From assembly GCA_963823195.1 (NCBI GenBank), contig CAWGKR010000011.1:534122-598121 (forward strand): a DNA stretch of 64,000 nt. The letters are read 5' to 3'. The translations under genes and the position numbers were made by a program. This document shows positions 58,787 through 64,000 of this stretch, piece by piece (position 1 is the first letter of the stretch; every line of letters begins with the position of its first letter). The notes beneath the pieces were generated by a model that saw only the letters and a program-made list of their open reading frames with translations, was not told the origin of the DNA and ran no database searches. Source of the DNA: an uncultured Acidobacteriota bacterium (lineage in GTDB: Bacteria; Acidobacteriota; Vicinamibacteria; Fen-336).

Positions 58787-59709
58787 GACGCGCTCCCCTC
58801 GTCGCCGCCATCTTCTGCGCCGCGGGGCCCACGCTCCTCGCGGCCGACCTCCCGGCCAAGGAAGCCGTCCTGTGGGGTCAGCTCAAGACGCGCGTCGACG
58901 GCGTCCAAGCCTCCCTGAACGGCATCCTCGGCCTCTCGGTGAAGGACCTGAAGACCGGAGCGACGCTGGAGATCCGAGCCGCAGAAGCGTTCCCGACGGC
59001 CTCCGTCATCAAGGTGGCCGTCCTGTACGAGCTCTTCCGTCAGGCCGAGGAGGGGAAGATCGACCTGGCGGAGGTGGTTCGGCCCGCGCTCCCGCGCGTC
59101 GGAGGCGGCGGCGTCTTGCAGGAGCTGGGCGACCACGTCAGCCTCACGCTGCGGGACCTCGCGATCCTCGCGGCGGGCTGGTCCGACAACGAAGCCACGA
59201 ACGTCCTGGTCGGCCGCGTCGGGATGGACGCCGTCAACAGGCGCCTGGACACCCTCGGCCTCGGCGGCATACGCCTGCGTCGCCGCATGATGGACCTGGC
59301 GGCCGCCCGGCGCGGCGACGAGAACGTCGCAACCCCCGCCCAGTTGAGCCGCCTCATGGAGGAGATCCACAAGGGCACCGGCCTCTCCCCGGCCGGAGCC
59401 AGGGACCTCCTGGCGATCCTGTCGATCGAAAAGTGGGGCACGCGGGGCGCCATGCCTTCCCCGTTCCGGGCCGGCCTTCCCGAGGGGACGCCCGTCGCCG
59501 ACAAAGGGGGCGAGCTCGAGGGCGTTCGCGCCGTGACCGCCCTCGTGCGCCTCCCCGAGCGGCCCTACGTCGCCACGATCATGACGACCTACCTGCGCCG
59601 CGAGGCCGACGGGGATGCGGCAATCCGCGACATCTCCGCTGCGCTCTACGACACCTTCGATCGCCTCGGGCGGTCCAGCGACCTCGGACGCGTCATCAGC
59701 GACCGATGA
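58783..59709 (+). CDS. Class-A beta-lactamase-like serine hydrolase with a signal peptide
   Basis: M38 of ORF 58672..59709, with an ATGA overlap with the SBP stop. SxxK is in FPTASVIKVAVL, SDN is in WSDNEATN, and a KTG-like box reads DKGGE. Confidence 0.75.
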   Translation: MRRAPLVAAIFCAAGPTLLAADLPAKEAVLWGQLKTRVDGVQASLNGILGLSVKDLKTGATLEIRAAEAFPTASVIKVAVLYELFRQAEEGKIDLAEVVRPALPRVGGGGVLQELGDHVSLTLRDLAILAAGWSDNEATNVLVGRVGMDAVNRRLDTLGLGGIRLRRRMMDLAAARRGDENVATPAQLSRLMEEIHKGTGLSPAGARDLLAILSIEKWGTRGAMPSPFRAGLPEGTPVADKGGELEGVRAVTALVRLPERPYVATIMTTYLRREADGDAAIRDISAALYDTFDRLGRSSDLGRVISDR

Positions 59710-59714
59710 GCGTC

Positions 59715-60944
59715 TCAGCCCTTCGCGTCGCGCTGCGGCGGCGGCGTTTCCTTCACCCTCACCTGCTGTCCGTCCTCGAGGGAGTCGGCCGGGTTCAGGA
59801 CGATCCAGTCCTGCGCCTCGAGCCCGCTCAGGACCTCCAGTGACGTCCCGTAGTCACGGCCGATGGTCAGCGGGCGCAGGCGGAGGACGTGCTGCTCGTC
59901 GACGACGACCGCCCTCAGGCCTTCCGCGCGGAAGAGGAGGGCGTTGACGGGGACCTGGAGGCGGCCCTGCGCCACCTTGATCTCGACGTGCACCTCGGCG
60001 AATCCTCCCGGCAGGAGCCGGCCGTCGCCGTTGGGGACGTCGATCTCGGTCAGCAGGGTTCGGGTCGTGGGATCGAGGGCCTCGGCCGTTCGCACGACCT
60101 GTCCGCGAAACTCCTGTCCGGGGTACTGGGTCAGGGCCAGGTGCGCGCCGAGGCCGGCGTGGATGGCCGGGGCGCACGTTCTCCGGAACGGAGACGTAGA
60201 CGCGGATCGGATCGGTCTGGGCCAGGGCGAAGAGCTGCTGGGACGCGCCCCCGTTCCCCGCGTTCACGAGGGCGCCGACGTCCACGTTTCGTCTCGTGAT
60301 GACGCCGTTGAACGGGGCGTAGATGCGCTTGAAGGACTCGAGCTCCTGCGAGGCGCCGAAGGTTGGCCCGGGCGGACTCGAGGGTCGCCTGCTTTCGCCT
60401 CGGAGTCGCCGACGGCGTTGTCGAACTCCTGCTTCGAGACGCCGTCCGTCTTGACGACCTCGCGGAGCCGCGCGGCGGTAGGGCCGGCCAGGCGGGCGTT
60501 CGCCTCGGCGGTCCCGAGGTCCGCTCGGGCCTGGGAGAGCTGCTGGTCCACCTCGGGCGCGTCGAGCTCGGCGAGAAGCGTCCCCTTGGCGACGCGGCTG
60601 CCGATGTCGTGGTCCCACTTCCTCAGGTAGCCGCTCGTGCGGGCGTAGAGCGTGGACTCCACGTAGGCCTGGAGCGTCCCCGGCAGGATCAGATCCTCCT
60701 CGGCGAGCCTCGGTGGTCGGGTGGATCACCGTGACCGTGGGCATGGCGAGCCGCTCGGTCTCCTTGGCGAGCGGCCCGGTACTCGCCGCGGCGGGCCACG
60801 AAGGCCAGACCGCCGAGGACGACCAGCACGCACGCGATCCCGGCCAGGAGGCGGGAAGAACCGGTTCCCCCGCGCCTCGTCCCTGGTCGCCGGCGCCGCC
60901 GCCGTTCCCGACTCGTCTTCGTTGAAGCTGTTCACGCCTGCCAT
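59715..60944 (-). pseudogene. RND-type periplasmic adaptor (AcrA/MexA-like MFP), with at least 4 frameshifts
   Basis: Pieces: ORF 60264..60662 (YARTSGYLRKWDHDIGSRVAKGTLLAELDAPEVDQQLSQARADL), 59854..60744 (RIYAPFNGVITRRNVDVGALVN...QTDPIRVYVSVPE), 59715..60095 (ALDPTTRTLLTEIDVPNGDGRLLPGGFAEVHV...VVVDEQHVLRLRPLTIGRDYGTSLEVLSGL). The start is the M at 60944, in ORF 60726..61571. Confidence 0.75.
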
Positions 60945-63900
60945 CCCTTCAACTCTACGCCACCGGTCCGGCCCCGGGACCAGCCGTGGAAGATCGAGAA
61001 CACGCACGGGACGAGGAACAGCGTCGCGACGGTCGCGAAGACCAGCCCGCCGATGACGGCCCGCCCGAGGGGCGCGTTCTGCTCGCCGCCCTCGCCGAGG
61101 CCCACGGCCATCGGCACCATGCCGATGATCATCGCCAGCGCCGTCATGAGCGACGGGCCGGATCCGCACGAAGCCCGCCTCGAGCGCCGCCTCCACGGGC
61201 GCTCTTGCCGCGCGTCGAGCTGCTCTCGCGCGAAGGAGACGAGGAGGATGCTGTTCGCCGTGGCGACGCCCATGCACATGATCGCGCCGGTCAGCGACGG
61301 CACGTTGAGCGTCGTGTGGGTCAGGAGCAGGATCCAGCAGATGCCGGCCAGGGCGCCGGGCAGCGCCGTGATGATGATGAAGGGGTCCAGCCACGACTGG
61401 AAGTTGACCACGATCAGCAGGTAGGCGAGGACGATCGCGCCGACGAGGCCGAGGCGCAGCCCGGCGAAGGACTCCTTCATCGTCTCCACCTGCCCGCGGA
61501 TGACGATGCTCGCTCCCGCGCGGCAGCTCCTTCTCGGCGGCGGCGACCCGCCTCGCCACCTCGTCCGCCACCGCCCCGAGGTCGCGTCCGCTCGACCGAG
61601 GCGTAGACGTTGATCATCGGCTGGGCGTTGTAGTGCGAGACGCCGGCCGGCCGCAGGGCCGTCCGTCGTCGACACGAGGTTGCCCAGGATCTGCGCGGCC
61701 GCTCCCGGTGCTGCCGGCGCGCGATGGGCGTGTTCTGGAGCGCCTGAAGCGAGTCCACCCGGTACTGCGGCTGCCTGCACCGCGACGCTGTAGCTCACGC
61801 CGTTCTGCGGGTCGAGCCAGAACGACGGCGCCGTCTGGAAGCTCGAGCTCAAGCGAGACGAGGACGTTCTGGGCGACGTCGCGGGCCTGCATGCCCACCG
61901 TCTGGGCGCGGGCCCGGTCGATGTCCAGCCGCAGCGTCGGCGCGTCGAACGCCTGCTGGACGTGGACGTCCACGGCGCCCGGGATCGCGCCGGATCTCGT
62001 TGGCCAGCTTCTCGGCCACGACGTAGGTTCGCCTGCTGGTTCGTTCCCGGTGACGGCTGACGTCGATCGGGGCCGGGGCGCCGAAGTTCAGGATCTGGGT
62101 GACGATGTCGGCCGGCTGGAAGAAGAACTGGACGCCCGGGAAGCGGTCCGCGCAGCACCTCGCCGCAGCGTCGCGGACGTAGTCCGCGCGTCGCCCGCGT
62201 CCGCCCTCGGGCGAGCTGCACCAGGATCTCGGCGTCGGCGGTGCCCGATCGTGCCCCGCGTTCGAGTAGCTCAGGTTGATGCCGCTGTACGGCAGGCCGA
62301 TGTTGTCGAGGACCGTGGCCAGCTCCGACGCCGGGATCGCTCTCCCGGATGACGCCGTCGACCTGGTCCGCGAGTCGAGCCGTCTCCTCGATCCGGAGTC
62401 CCGTGCGGGCGCGCATGTGCAGGCGGATCTGGCCGGCGTCCACCTCGGGGAAGAAGTCGCGCCCGAGGAACGGGGCGAGCAGCCCCGAGCAGCGCGCAGA
62501 AGGCCAGGAAGCAGGCGGCGAAGGCCCTGGGCCGGGCGAGCACCGCGCCCAGGGCGTCGCCGTAGGCGGCTCGGAACGCGCTCGAAGCGCCCCTCGAAGG
62601 CCTGCTGGATGCGGCGGAAGAACCCCTGGCGCTCGCCCACGTGCTCCGACGCGTGGTACTCGTCCTTGGCGCTCAGGAGGTACATGGCCATCGTCGGCAC
62701 GAGCGTCCGCGACCACATGTAGGAGGCGAGCATCGCGAACATCACGGCCTCGGCCAGGGGAACGAAGAGGAACCGCGCCACGCCCGGACAGGAAGAACAT
62801 CGGGATGAAGACGATGCAGATGCAGAGGGTCGAGACGAAGGCGGGCACGGCGATCTGCTGCGCGCCGTCCAGGATCGCCTGGCATCGTGTCCTTGCCCAT
62901 GGCCAGGTTGCGGTTGATGTTCTCGATCGCGACGGTCGCGTCGTCGACGAGGATGCCGACGGCCAGGGCGAGGCCGCCCAGGGTCATGATGTTGATCGTC
63001 TCTCCCAGGGCGCTCAGGGCGAGCAGGCTCACGAGGATCGAGAGGGGGATCGAGAGGGCGATGATGAGGGTGCTCTTCCAGTTGCCGAGGAAGAGCAGGA
63101 TCATGAGCGCCGTCAGGCACGCCGCGACCATGGCCTCGCGCAGCACGCCCTGGATGGCGGCCCGCACGAAGAGCGACTGGTCGAAGAAGGTCGTCAGGTG
63201 GAGCCCCTCGGAAACGAGGGCTCGTAGTCCGCCAGCACCTTCTTGACCCGGTCCACGATGTCGAGGGTCGACGCACCGCCGGTCTTGTAGGTGGCCATCA
63301 GGACGCCGCGCTGGCCGTTCGCGCGGACGATGTTGGTCTGCGGCGAGAACCCGTCCCGCACGTGGGCCACGTCCTTGATGTAGACGGTCGTGCCGCCGAT
63401 CGTCCGGATCGGCAGGTCGTTCATCTCGGCCACCGTGCGCGGGCTGCCGTTCATCTCGACGCCGTACTCGAGGGGACCGAGCTTGACCGTGCCCGTGGGG
63501 AGGATCAGGTTCTGGGCGCTCATGGCGTTCACGACGTCGACGGGCGACCAGGCCCTTGGCCTGTAGGGCGGCCGAGTCGATGTCGACGGAGATGAGGCGC
63601 TGCTTGCCGCCGTAGGGGAACGGTATGGCCGCCCCCTGCACCGTCGCGAGCTGGGTGCGCATCGAAGTTGTTGCCGAAGTCGAAGATCTGCTGCTCCCCC
63701 ATCGTGTCGCTCGTGAAGCCGAGCTGGATCACCGGCACCGTCGAGGCCGAGTAGATGATCACGAGGGGCGGCGTGGTTCCCGGCGGCAGGTTCCGCAGGA
63801 ACGTCTGGGAGATGGCCGTCGACTGGGCCAGCGCGGTCTGGATCGAGGCGTTCGGGCTGGAAGAAGATCTTGATGACCGCGATGCCCGGGCAGCGACTGC

Positions 63901-64000
63901 GATTCGATGTGCTCGACGTCGTTGACGAGCGTCGTGATGCCCCGCTCGACCCCGGTCGTGATGCCGCTGCTCCATCTCCTGGGGAGCGAGCCCCGCGAAG
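60932..64000 (-). pseudogene. RND efflux pump inner-membrane subunit (AcrB/HAE1-like). The 5' end lies beyond the window and there are many frameshifts.
   Basis: Colinear pieces across minus ORFs 62742.., 63194.., 63529.., 61849.. and 60932..: AALQAKGL, TVKLGPLEYGVEMNGSP, FLGNWKSTLIIALSIPLSILVSLLALSALGETINIMTLGGLALAVGILVDDATVAIENI, LAYLLIVVNFQSWLDPFIIITALPGALAGI, MTALAMIIGMVPMAVGLGEGGEQNAPLGRAVIGGLVFATVATLFLVP. Confidence 0.85.

Overview
This is a very GC-rich bacterial chromosomal window (roughly two-thirds G+C by eye, not computed). It holds about 60 protein genes, one tRNA and one group II intron. I found no rRNA and no CRISPR array.

Gene content, left to right:
- Frameshifted glpF and glpK.
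- A class-III aminotransferase with a full-length group II intron (RT/maturase plus a recognisable domain V) in its upstream region.
- Several secreted or redox proteins.
- An EmbR-like wHTH-FHA regulator next to three tandem paralogous Ser/Thr kinases with TolB-like propeller ectodomains.
- A REC-domain protein and an in-frame chimeric metallo-beta-lactamase/spermidine-synthase ORF.
- tRNA-fMet, a VOC enzyme, an H1-like lysine-rich protein and two MDR dehydrogenases.
- c-di-GMP genes: REC-GAF-HD-GYP, and a degenerate GGDEF-EAL protein coupled to an HTH-WYL regulator, queF and proline dehydrogenase.
- A nucleoside-salvage operon, ydjC and hpt.
- A TolC/MacA/MacB-like efflux operon that continues into a PP2C phosphatase, a solute-binding protein and a class-A beta-lactamase-like gene.
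- An RND pump with its adaptor.

The centrepiece is a tightly coupled ~12.8-kb minus-strand operon (34161 down to 21386). It encodes a hydrogenase-4/formate-hydrogenlyase-like membrane complex: two HyfB-like subunits, HyfC-, HyfE- and HyfF-like subunits, a HycE-like large subunit, and a HycF-HycG fusion. The large subunit lacks all four [NiFe] cysteine ligands, so this is an Ehr-type module and probably not a hydrogenase. The complex genes are preceded by a pseudo-receiver, two C4 zinc-ribbon proteins and small paralogous proteins of unknown function. A sensor-less histidine kinase and an NtrC-type sigma-54 activator sit immediately upstream.

Many genes are interrupted by single-base frameshifts in a patchy distribution. 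From the sequence alone I cannot tell assembly indels from real gene decay. Coordinates anchored on the ORF track are exact. Coordinates of RNA elements, hairpins and repeat edges come from reading the sequence and may be off by a few nucleotides.
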